NCBI GenBank assembly: GCA_938017575.1
Contig: CALIJC010000009.1
Location: 1-62,989 of the forward strand
Direction of reading: 5' to 3'
Length of the DNA: 62,989 nt
From: an uncultured Patescibacteria group bacterium
GTDB lineage: Bacteria; Patescibacteriota; JACMRA01
Position 1 is the stretch's first letter, and each line of letters opens with the position of its first letter. The translations under genes were made by a program, and so were the position numbers. The notes beneath the pieces are model-generated. The model searched no databases. It had not been told where the DNA came from and was given only the letters and a program-made list of their open reading frames with translations. This document shows positions 1 through 7,515 of the stretch, one piece after another.

Positions 1-251
1 AGAGATAAGTTGTGTAAACTCAGTCAAAGAAGCTAGTAGGTAACACAAATTTGTGAAACCGTGTTTTCTTAACAAAACAACACACCAAAAAGACAAGTTT
101 TTTGTTAAGATTTTTGCTAATTCCTCTGACTGATAAAAACCAATATAGCATAAAAAAAAGGTAATGTCAAATACTTTTTTCGAGGTATTCTTTTTAATAA
201 AAAAATTTTGATTTGACCTATAATTTTATCTCTGGCATTTTCAACCTTAGT

Positions 252-767
252 ATGAAATCAAAAAAATATATTGCAGCTGTGTTGGTAGTATTGGTAATTA
301 TAATTGGTCTGGGGGTTTTTGTTTGGTATAGAAATACTTTATCAAAAGCTATTACCGAAAGAGAAAATGCAGAAACCAGATTGGTGCAAAATGATGACTT
401 TATAAATTCTGGAGAAACTATAAAATCGGGAAGATTTGTGAATTTAGATCCAATTCATTATGGAAGTGGGGGTGTCAATATTAATAAAACTGGTCAAGAT
501 GTTTTTGTTGAATTTGCAGAAGATTTTGAAACTAATCCTGATGGCCCAGATCTGTATGTCTGGTTAGTAAGTGAGCAAAATATTGGAGGTGCTATTGGAG
601 GGGTTGATACAGACCCAGACACATTCTTAGAATTAGGTCCATTAGATAAATTTGAAGGAAAACAAAGCTACAGAGTTTCACAGGCGGAATTTGAAAAGTT
701 TGATTACGCAGTCGTTATTTGGTGTAAAGCTTTCGGAATCCAATTTACAAATGCAATCTTGGAATAG
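252..767 (+). CDS. DM13 domain-containing protein with N-terminal membrane anchor
   Basis: The track ORF 213..767 starts at TTG. The first ATG (MKSKKYIAAVLVVLVIII) is at 252. The C-terminal region (GSGGVNI...NPDGPDLYVWLV...YAVVIWCKAFGIQF) matches the DM13 domain pattern as I remember it. Confidence 0.7.
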   Translation: MKSKKYIAAVLVVLVIIIGLGVFVWYRNTLSKAITERENAETRLVQNDDFINSGETIKSGRFVNLDPIHYGSGGVNINKTGQDVFVEFAEDFETNPDGPDLYVWLVSEQNIGGAIGGVDTDPDTFLELGPLDKFEGKQSYRVSQAEFEKFDYAVVIWCKAFGIQFTNAILE

Positions 768-776
768 GCAGTCTTA

Positions 777-2408
777 TTATTTTTTAATAGATTTAATTAA
801 TCCAACAAATAGTGGGTGAGGTTTGTGTGGGCGAGACAAAAACTCTGGGTGTGATTGAGTAGCTACAAAGTAAGGGTGTTTTGATTTTTCTAGCTCAATC
901 ATCTCCACCAAATATTCTTTTGATTTTTTATCAAAAAAGAACTTACCACTAATTTTCATTCCATTTTTTTCTAGATCAGGTACGAATTGATTTTGAACTT
1001 CTAATCTGTGTCTATGTCTCTCTCTAATATTGGTAGAGTTTCCAAATAATTTTGCAATTTCTGTTCCTTTTTCCAACTGACAATCATACCCTCCAAGCCT
1101 CATGGTTCCTCCTTTTTTGCGAATATCTTCTTGGCCAATCATATAATCAACAATCATGTCTTTGTTAATTTTCTTAGTTTTCCCATCCTCATCAAACATC
1201 TCTCTAGAATATACATCCAGTCCACACTCATTTCGAGCAAATTCAATAACCGCCATCTGCAGCCCCAAACAAATTCCCAAAAATGGCTTTTTAGTTTCTC
1301 TAACATGTTTAATGGCTTTTATTTTCCCATCCATCCCTCTCCTGCCAAAACCTCCAGGGACAATAATTGCATCAACCTCATCAATCTGATCAATTAAATC
1401 ATCACTGCTGCTATCAATTAATTTTATCTCCAAATTGTATCCAGAATCAACCGAAGCTGCTTTGAGGGCTTCTATCACAGATAAATAGCTATCTTCTAGT
1501 CTGGTATATTTTACAACCAAACCAACTTTGCAGTTTTTATTCTGGTTGAGATGGTCAAATTTTGCATAGAATTTAGGCAAATTAAAGTCGACTTTTTTAC
1601 CAATGAAATTAGAAAGGTTTTGAGCAATAGTTGTGTTTTTCAAAAAAACTGGAACCGAATATATACTATCTAAATCGGGTAGGCTAATTACATTTTCTGG
1701 TTTGAGGTTACTAAATAGGGCGATTTTATCGAGGACTTCTTTGTTCAATGGTCTCTCGCTGGTTGCTTCTGATCGGCAAATTAATAAATCAGGCTGCAAG
1801 CCGCTGCGTAGTAACTCCCGAATTGATCTCTGCATCGGTTTAGATTTGTATTCTCCACTGCAGGCCAAAAAAGGAATGTATCCTAAATGAACATGGTAAA
1901 CGTCGGAGGGATTTTGGGTTTTGAATTGACGGAAACTTTCTAAAAATATCTCTCCTTCCATGTCGCCGCTACTGCCACCAATTTCAATTATTCGGATATC
2001 ATAATCTTTATTGTTCTCTACAAAAGCTTCTTTAATTTGGTTAGTTACGTGGGGAATTAGCTGAACATTTTTACCTAGAAAAGACCCTTCTCGCTCACCT
2101 TTGATAATTTTGTCATATATTTTTCCAGCTGTTACTGAAGAAGATCCAGTCAAATTAACATCCAAATATCTTTCATAGTGGCCTAAATCCAAATCTGTTT
2201 CAGAACCATCATCTAATACATATACTTCACCATGTTCAAAAGGTGACATAGTCCCTGGGTCAATGTTCAAATATGGGTCAAATTTTATAGCGTCAACATT
2301 ATATCCAGCCGATTTCAGTATCAATCCTATGGATGCTGCAGCGATTCCTTTACCAATCCCAGAAACAACTCCACCTGTTACAAAAATATATTTGGTCTGC
2401 TTTTTCAT
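777..2408 (-). CDS. pyrG: CTP synthase
   Basis: 543 aa. The N-terminus is KYIFVTGGVVSGIGKG. The C-terminal class-I glutamine amidotransferase domain carries the GICLGLQ nucleophile elbow. Length is typical. Confidence 0.97.
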   Translation of the reverse strand: MKKQTKYIFVTGGVVSGIGKGIAAASIGLILKSAGYNVDAIKFDPYLNIDPGTMSPFEHGEVYVLDDGSETDLDLGHYERYLDVNLTGSSSVTAGKIYDKIIKGEREGSFLGKNVQLIPHVTNQIKEAFVENNKDYDIRIIEIGGSSGDMEGEIFLESFRQFKTQNPSDVYHVHLGYIPFLACSGEYKSKPMQRSIRELLRSGLQPDLLICRSEATSERPLNKEVLDKIALFSNLKPENVISLPDLDSIYSVPVFLKNTTIAQNLSNFIGKKVDFNLPKFYAKFDHLNQNKNCKVGLVVKYTRLEDSYLSVIEALKAASVDSGYNLEIKLIDSSSDDLIDQIDEVDAIIVPGGFGRRGMDGKIKAIKHVRETKKPFLGICLGLQMAVIEFARNECGLDVYSREMFDEDGKTKKINKDMIVDYMIGQEDIRKKGGTMRLGGYDCQLEKGTEIAKLFGNSTNIRERHRHRLEVQNQFVPDLEKNGMKISGKFFFDKKSKEYLVEMIELEKSKHPYFVATQSHPEFLSRPHKPHPLFVGLIKSIKK

Positions 2409-2416
2409 AATTAGAA

Positions 2417-2445
2417 ATACTATGAGTTTTACAAGGTCTAGTCAA
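2417..2445 (-). promoter_or_regulatory. sigma-70-like promoter for pyrG (TTGACT-N17-TAGTAT), -10 box 8 nt from the ATG
   Basis: The reverse complement reads TTGACT agaccttgtaaaactca TAGTAT ttctaatt ATG. No Shine-Dalgarno sequence lies between the -10 box and the start. Confidence 0.5.
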
Positions 2446-2464
2446 TTATATGGTGTTAGCATGG

Positions 2465-2494
2465 TTGACATAATTATCATTATATGTCTATATT
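2465..2494 (+). promoter_or_regulatory. candidate promoter upstream of miaA (TTGACA-N18-TATATT)
   Basis: TTGACA at 2465-2470 and TATATT at 2489-2494. About 100 nt of leader follows before the SD (aaggggg) and the ATG at 2601. Confidence 0.45.
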
Positions 2495-2600
2495 ATATGA
2501 CCTAGACACATTATTGTCCTGGTTACTCAGTTTGAATTAATTGAAATATATTCAAGCTCCTCAACCTCCCCCAAAAGAAATATTCTAAGGGGGTTTATTT

Positions 2601-3512
2601 ATGCCTCAAACAACATTAATTACTTTGTTAGGTCAAACTAGCAGCGGCAAATCTGAAATGGCAGTTAGCCTAGCCAAAAAACTTGGCGAAGCTTGGGTGG
2701 TTAATTGTGATTCCCGTCAAATCTACAGGGGGCTAAATATTGGTACCGGTAAGGTAGAAGGTAAGTGGGTCTATGGTAAATATATTTATAAAGGTATCCA
2801 GCACCATTTGATTGATTTTGTTGACCCAAAAAAACGCTATTCATTAAAAAACTTTTTATTAGATTTTAACAAGGTTTGTTCTACCCCTAATATTCCAAAA
2901 TATATAATTTTAACAGGAGGTACTGGCATGTACGCAGATAGTATTATTAATAAATATGAATTAGCCAATCTAAGCGAGTCGCAGGAAAAACAGTTTCAAA
3001 AAACCAAAAAAGAATTGGAACAATTAGATCTAGAAACTCTCCAAAATAAATATAATTCATTAAAAAATATAAGGCCCAATTCTGGCAGTCTTAATAACTC
3101 AGATTTTCATAATTTGCGTAGACTGGTAAATTGGTTAATGAGACAGCAAGATGATTTCTGCAATGCGGATATAATCTCAATACCAGAGTTTAGGAAAACA
3201 TATAATTTTGCTATTAAAATTGACCAAGATATATTAAAGAAAAAAATCACCAGCAGGCTAGAAGAAAGGTTTTCCCAAGGGCTGATGGATGAAGTAAATC
3301 AATTAGATTTAAGTAGTGATAGGCTAAATGAATTAGGGCTGGAGTATAAAATAGTTAGCCAGTATCTGTCTGGTGACATAGATAAAGATGGCATTATTCC
3401 AAAATTAAAAACAGCTAATATTTCTTTGGCAAAAAAACAAAAAACCTGGCTCAAAAAAAGAGATTTAATTTGGGTTAAATCAGAAGATGAAATTATGGAT
3501 TATATTAAATAA
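2601..3512 (+). CDS. miaA: tRNA dimethylallyltransferase
   Basis: P-loop GQTSSGKS, DSRQIYRGLNIGTGK motif, 303 aa, SD aaggggg upstream. Confidence 0.9.
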   Translation: MPQTTLITLLGQTSSGKSEMAVSLAKKLGEAWVVNCDSRQIYRGLNIGTGKVEGKWVYGKYIYKGIQHHLIDFVDPKKRYSLKNFLLDFNKVCSTPNIPKYIILTGGTGMYADSIINKYELANLSESQEKQFQKTKKELEQLDLETLQNKYNSLKNIRPNSGSLNNSDFHNLRRLVNWLMRQQDDFCNADIISIPEFRKTYNFAIKIDQDILKKKITSRLEERFSQGLMDEVNQLDLSSDRLNELGLEYKIVSQYLSGDIDKDGIIPKLKTANISLAKKQKTWLKKRDLIWVKSEDEIMDYIK

Positions 3513-3518
3513 GTGCTT

Positions 3519-3660
3519 TGAGAAGATATTAAATAGGCTAACTTACAAATTAAATACTATTTATTAGAACACTTCTACTATAGAAATAGGGATAGGTGAC
3601 AGCAACAATAATATGCCCTCTCCCAAAAATAGTCATGGGCAGAGGGCAGTCTGAGAACAG
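3519..3660. repeat. Fragment of the dispersed intergenic repeat family, ending in two abutting inverted type-1 termini
   Basis: The module agatattaaatagg...aaatact resembles 44885-44930 and 48735-48800. The segments gccctctccc (3615-3624) and gggcagagggc (3637-3647) form a palindrome made of the GCCCTCTGCCC terminus seen at 45697, 61260 and (reverse complement) 48891. Confidence 0.6.
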
Positions 3661-3687
3661 ACATAGTTATACATACTTGCCAATTGG

Positions 3688-4098
3688 GTGAATATATTTT
3701 TTAATTCAAATATGAATCTAAAAGAATTCTTTCGTTTACCAATTGTAATGTTTATGGTGCACGTTTTCTTGTTGCTAGGAATTTTTGTTAATGTTTATCA
3801 ACTATATAGATTAGATGATATCCAGAGAGAGGTGGATAAAAAAGCATTTAATTTAGATACTCTGAGACAACAAAATGAAGATAGCCGCAACAACAAAGAC
3901 TATTACAATAGTGATTTGTTCAAAGAAAAATTTGCCAAAGAAGAGGATTTTAAAAAACGCGGTGAGATAGTAATTGATACCAGTTTGATCGAAGGTGAGG
4001 TTAACAATCCTGATTCAAACTATATTCCAGAAGAAAAAATTGTAGAAAAAAGCAATCCCTTGATGTGGTGGGAATTGATTTTCAATAGAGAGAGGTAA
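3688..4098 (+). CDS. FtsB/DivIC-like septum formation initiator (putative)
   Basis: Single N-terminal TM helix, then a coiled-coil-like segment and a DivIC-like tail (DYYNSDLFKEKFAKEEDFKKRGEIVI). The start is uncertain: GTG at 3688 or ATG at 3712. Confidence 0.5.
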   Translation: MNIFFNSNMNLKEFFRLPIVMFMVHVFLLLGIFVNVYQLYRLDDIQREVDKKAFNLDTLRQQNEDSRNNKDYYNSDLFKEKFAKEEDFKKRGEIVIDTSLIEGEVNNPDSNYIPEEKIVEKSNPLMWWELIFNRER

Positions 4099-4104
4099 AA
4101 AGTA

Positions 4105-4130
4105 CCGCATCTAGATAGATGCGGCTTTGG
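4105..4130. terminator. Bidirectional hairpin between convergent genes
   Basis: ccgcatct (4105-4112) pairs with agatgcgg (4117-4124) around a 4-nt loop. T-rich runs follow on both strands. Confidence 0.55.
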
Positions 4131-4163
4131 CTGTGTGTTCAACTCACTAGTCACAGTTTTAGC

Positions 4164-4727
4164 TTAGTGAATTACATGAGCCCGGTTGTGAGCCCTGAAT
4201 ACGTGATATCGTCCAGCATCATCGATCACGAAATAGCAGTTTTCATCGTATGTACGATTGCTTTCATAGGGTCCGATGTACCTATTCCGAGAATAGAATC
4301 TATTGTACTGCTGGTCTCTACTTACTCGATAGTATCTATCTCTATTTGAAAGTGCGTCAAATAGTGAGCTAAGCAGAATCCTCTTCAGCTTACTAGGTCG
4401 TTTTCTGTGTGAGTGAATCACACGGCGATGCTCAGTTGGGCAATACCTTGTACCATGTCGGTAAAAGCAATCTTTTTGTCTAAAAACTCCTCTTCTTCGA
4501 TTAAAAACTCTCCGGCGAATTCGGCGGCTTTTTTGCTGCCTTCTTTTTAGGTTGTGAGCATAGTTCTCACACCATTGGTGGTTGTTATTCCGATCCATAC
4601 AACTCGAATAAATCGAGAAGTAATTTTCACGTCGTTCGTGAGCATTTACTGAAGTAGTAAGTAGAATGGAAGGTAGTGTGATTCCAGCTGTAAACAAGAG
4701 GGCAAGGATTGATTTTGTAAGTTTCAT
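4164..4727 (-). CDS. Secreted, extremely basic Arg/His/Tyr-rich protein with 6 Cys (hypothetical)
   Basis: Signal peptide MKLTKSILALLFTAGITLPSILLTTSVNA, SD ggag upstream, own promoter. The region is visibly GC-richer than its flanks. Confidence 0.6.
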   Translation of the reverse strand: MKLTKSILALLFTAGITLPSILLTTSVNAHERRENYFSIYSSCMDRNNNHQWCENYAHNLKRRQQKSRRIRRRVFNRRRGVFRQKDCFYRHGTRYCPTEHRRVIHSHRKRPSKLKRILLSSLFDALSNRDRYYRVSRDQQYNRFYSRNRYIGPYESNRTYDENCYFVIDDAGRYHVFRAHNRAHVIH

Positions 4728-4771
4728 CGAAAAGCTCCTAAAATAAAATCAAAATAAAACCTTAGAACTAA

Positions 4772-4800
4772 TATCTATCTGATTTAATCAATTTTGTCAA
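4772..4800 (-). promoter_or_regulatory. Promoter TTGACA-N17-TAGATA for the 4164..4727 gene
   Basis: The reverse complement reads TTGACA aaattgattaaatcaga TAGATA, followed by a leader with an aggag SD. Confidence 0.55.
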
Positions 4801-4868
4801 AAAAACACATAAAATTAATGCTACCTTTATTCAAAGTAGCATATAGGAAAGGGCGGAAGAAGCTAAAT

Positions 4869-5237
4869 TTAGTCAGCTCTTCTGTATTCCTTCCCTTGGA
4901 TAATAATAACATCGGGCGGGGAATCAATATCCCCTTTTGGAAAAAAACGCTCGACAGTTTCTTCCCTTCTTGGCAAAATCCGAATTGTTTTGTTGGAATT
5001 CCGCCCTTCAAAGACGAAGGGGCAGCCTTTGCCGCCATCGGCGCAGTGCCGACCAGCGTTGTCAAATTTTGGCTTTCTCGTTCGCCCTGAATTGCCAAAA
5101 GAAGGCTTCTGCACTCGGCCTGAGTTTCCGAACCCAGAGAAGGGCTTCCCTTTCTGGTTATGCCCAGCAAGTGCTGGAGAAGATACAGAAAAAAGAGCCA
5201 AAAAAACAATAGGTAGAAAAATTTTTACGTTTTTCAT
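4869..5237 (-). CDS. Small secreted basic protein with internal (K)P(S)FG(F)GNSGR repeats (hypothetical)
   Basis: Signal peptide MKNVKIFLPIVFLALFSVSSPALA. Repeats KPFSGFGNSGRV / KPSFGNSGRT / KPKFDNAGR. Chosen over the overlapping ORFs because it has the signal peptide and a matching promoter. Confidence 0.6.
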   Translation of the reverse strand: MKNVKIFLPIVFLALFSVSSPALAGHNQKGKPFSGFGNSGRVQKPSFGNSGRTRKPKFDNAGRHCADGGKGCPFVFEGRNSNKTIRILPRREETVERFFPKGDIDSPPDVIIIQGKEYRRAD

Positions 5238-5275
5238 TATACAATCCCCAATTAAAAATTACGTTTACCTCTTAT

Positions 5276-5304
5276 ATAATAGCCTAAAAAGAGGCTTTTG
5301 TCAA
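5276..5304 (-). promoter_or_regulatory. Promoter TTGACA-N17-TATTAT
   Basis: The reverse complement reads cTTGACAaaagcct...TATTAT. It shares the extended context AGGCTTTTGTCAAG with the promoter at 45384-45412. Confidence 0.6.
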
Positions 5305-5315
5305 GCCCAAAAGAC

Positions 5316-5340
5316 AACAAAAAACCACCCCGAAGGGTGG
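5316..5340 (-). terminator. Rho-independent terminator of the pilin-like gene
   Basis: ccaccc cgaa gggtgg hairpin. On the minus strand it is followed by tttttttgttg. Confidence 0.7.
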
Positions 5341-5362
5341 TTAAATTCTGGTAAAACTAATT

Positions 5363-5797
5363 CTAATTATTACCTCCACCAATATCGACAACACCAGTAG
5401 ATCCTACCAGTCCTCCGATAAGGCTGACGATTGTATAGGCTACGATTGCTAATACTAATCCAATCAAAGCGTTTTTAACAATAGTTTGACCTTTTTTAGC
5501 ATTATCATCATTACCACCTGGGTTAACTACGAATAGGAAACCTCCATATACCAAGAATAACACAGCTAGTGCACCAACGATAAAGGTTACAAAGCTAGCT
5601 ATTCCCAAAATGAAATCAGCAATTGTTCCCTGATCTGCATCTGACAAATCTGAGTCTCCAGTTACTGGACATCCAGTGCTAGGACAAACTTGTGGGATTC
5701 CTTGAGCTGTAGCTCCAACATTACCAAGAGCTGTTACAGCAACGAACATAAATACACCTAAAGCGGCGCCTAAAATAATTTTCTTTAAAGTTGACAT
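5363..5797 (-). CDS. TrbC/VirB2-like 'T4SS pilin' family protein (single domain)
   Basis: Signal/TM segment, then two TM helices flanking YGGFLFVVNPGGNDDNAKKGQTIVKNALIGLVLAIVAY. This is the pattern typical of CPR T4SS_pilin-type proteins. Confidence 0.7.
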   Translation of the reverse strand: MSTLKKIILGAALGVFMFVAVTALGNVGATAQGIPQVCPSTGCPVTGDSDLSDADQGTIADFILGIASFVTFIVGALAVLFLVYGGFLFVVNPGGNDDNAKKGQTIVKNALIGLVLAIVAYTIVSLIGGLVGSTGVVDIGGGNN

Positions 5798-5919
5798 ATA
5801 TAATATATATTATAATTTGAGTTTACCATATTTAACTGTTTTGACGAGCAAAATCTGTTTTATGGATTAGGTGGATTTTAATGAAGATAAATTTAGTTGT
5901 CAACAGAAATGCTTACTGG

Positions 5920-7062
5920 CTACTGGATTTTATGGTTTTGATAATATTTACTCAGACCAGCTAGTCCAATCATAACTGCGTTATCGCCAGTCAAACTCAT
6001 TGGAGGCAATAAAAGTGGTAAATTTGAATCAACGTTTTGAATATATTTTCGTAGCATTGGGTTGGCAGAAACACCACCAGAAAGACCTATAGATTGAATA
6101 TTTCTATCAATAATTGCAGTTGATAATTTGTTTGTCAGTTGTCTGATAATTACAGTTTGGGCCGAGATACAGACTTTTTTAATAAAATCTAATTTTGGAT
6201 TTAGTTTCGAATTTGAATCTACTAGTAATTTTAATTCTGATTCGGTTAATTTTTGTTCAATGTCAAACCCTGGAATTTGAGGTTTTTCTAAATAATTCCT
6301 AACACTAGTTTTTAGCCCTGAAAACGAATAAGCAATGGTTTTATTTTTGCTCATTCCAATTGGAAAATTCATTGGGTTATCATAGTTTTCACCAGCAATT
6401 TTACTAATCCAAACACCTCCTGGGTAAGGAAGCCCTAGCATGCGACCAATTTTATCAAAACTTTCACCAGCTGCGTCATCCAGTGTTGCCCCAATAATTT
6501 CCCACTCGCTTGCAGAATCCAAAACCAAAATCTGAGAGTTTCCGCCGCTAACAATCAAATGCAGGTGAGGGAATATTTCATTATCTTTTTGAAATTTATG
6601 GTTTTTATCAAAAAAACAGCTAATCAAATGACCATTTAAGTGGTTAATATTGTTTATAGGAAATTTTTTTCCAGATTCTTTTTCTAAATAATAACGCAGT
6701 GATTTAGCAAACTCTATCCCAACACGCAGTGCAGATTTCAAACCAGGTTCAGTAGTTACAAAAATCTCTTGTAAATTCTCAGTTAGGTATTTAATTTTTT
6801 CATTAAAATCTCCTGGGATTTCTAGTTTCATAACTAATTCACGAAAAACAAAGTGAATTTGCTTACTATGTTCACGAGCTCCGATTTCTGGCACAACTCC
6901 ACCATATTTTTTGTGAATATTAATTTGCGACGAAATAATGCTAGATTTAACTTCGAAAGAATTTATATAATCGTAAAAACTATTTCCGGAAAAATTCTTA
7001 TCACCCTGGAGAATACAAATCGAAGTCTCATCGCAGCTTGTCTCAATAGCTATGAATAACAT
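5920..7062 (-). CDS. tsaD: tRNA N6-adenosine threonylcarbamoyltransferase
   Basis: IAIETSCDETS N-terminus and GGVSAN motif. I prefer the ATG at 7062 (MLFIAIE) over the TTG at 7098, because a perfect TATAAT sits 6 nt upstream of that ATG. Confidence 0.9.
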   Translation of the reverse strand: MLFIAIETSCDETSICILQGDKNFSGNSFYDYINSFEVKSSIISSQINIHKKYGGVVPEIGAREHSKQIHFVFRELVMKLEIPGDFNEKIKYLTENLQEIFVTTEPGLKSALRVGIEFAKSLRYYLEKESGKKFPINNINHLNGHLISCFFDKNHKFQKDNEIFPHLHLIVSGGNSQILVLDSASEWEIIGATLDDAAGESFDKIGRMLGLPYPGGVWISKIAGENYDNPMNFPIGMSKNKTIAYSFSGLKTSVRNYLEKPQIPGFDIEQKLTESELKLLVDSNSKLNPKLDFIKKVCISAQTVIIRQLTNKLSTAIIDRNIQSIGLSGGVSANPMLRKYIQNVDSNLPLLLPPMSLTGDNAVMIGLAGLSKYYQNHKIQ

Positions 7063-7068
7063 AGGTTT

Positions 7069-7098
7069 ATTATAGGCATGTTTTTTGGTTTTTCGCAA
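7069..7098 (-). promoter_or_regulatory. Promoter TTGCGA-N18-TATAAT, -10 box 6 nt from the tsaD ATG
   Basis: The reverse complement reads TTGCGA aaaaccaaaaaacatgcc TATAAT aaacct ATG. Confidence 0.5.
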
Positions 7099-7138
7099 GC
7101 ATAATATCTTTTATCAAATGTTTTTTACTTTTCTAGAT

Positions 7139-7481
7139 CACCCACCGCTTTTGAATATTTTAGTGAATAATTGAAATCGACCCTGATTTCAATTATTTGC
7201 GTTAAGAAATTTTCATCTAAGTATGGTTTTGTGTAACTTTTTTTAAATTGATGCTACTGTCATCAATTCCTATTTCAATTATAGGAAGTGTTTTTAAAAA
7301 TACACTAAACTATTTAAAATCATAATTAAATCCCATTTCCTAATATACTTTTGGTAAATTGAGGCTACTGCCCTCAATTCCTGTATATGCAAAACTGCTC
7401 TTAAATGAAGTTTTATTAACGCAATTTTCCTAATTCAGGGTCGAATTAGAAAAATCACTAAAACCTTCATGGGTAGAGAGC
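7139..7481. mobile_element. MITE-like element, full copy (about 340 bp) with imperfect terminal inverted repeats of about 85 bp
   Basis: Left arm 7139-7221: cccaccgc...ttttagtgaataattgaaatCGACCCTGatttcaattatttgcgttaagaaattttcat. Right arm 7397-7481 is its inverted counterpart and ends in the reverse complement of gctctctacccatgaagg. Internal twin hairpins are aattgatgctactgtcatcaatt and aattgaggctactgccctcaatt. No ORF. Confidence 0.65.
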
Positions 7482-7515
7482 AATAGAACGAAATCATAAC
7501 CAATATTAATTATAC

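Noticed and set aside
1131-2505. ORFs 1131..1397, 1156..1389, 1633..1890 and 2263..2505 on the + strand
   Set aside because: They lie wholly or largely antisense to the confidently identified pyrG (2263..2505 also runs into the upstream spacer). The products are low-complexity or hydrophobic, with no start signals.
2566-2593. Hairpin that could sequester the miaA Shine-Dalgarno (ccccc 2568-2572 with ggggg 2589-2593)
   Set aside because: It has only 5 base pairs with a 16-nt loop and no flanking extension. That is too weak to claim a regulatory element without conservation data.
4784-5400. Overlapping ORFs 4784..5209(-), 4794..5090(+), 4937..5212(+) and 4990..5400(+)
   Set aside because: Locally elevated GC removes stop codons in several frames. 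Only 4869..5237(-) has a signal peptide, a matching promoter and a sensible terminator arrangement.
7139-7481. Possibility that the repeated hairpins are a CRISPR array (also 45554-45870, 48556-48903, 52576-52834, 61255-61720)
   Set aside because: The units are not direct repeats at regular spacing. They occur in both orientations as inverted arms. The intervening segments are themselves repeated elsewhere. No cas genes are present.
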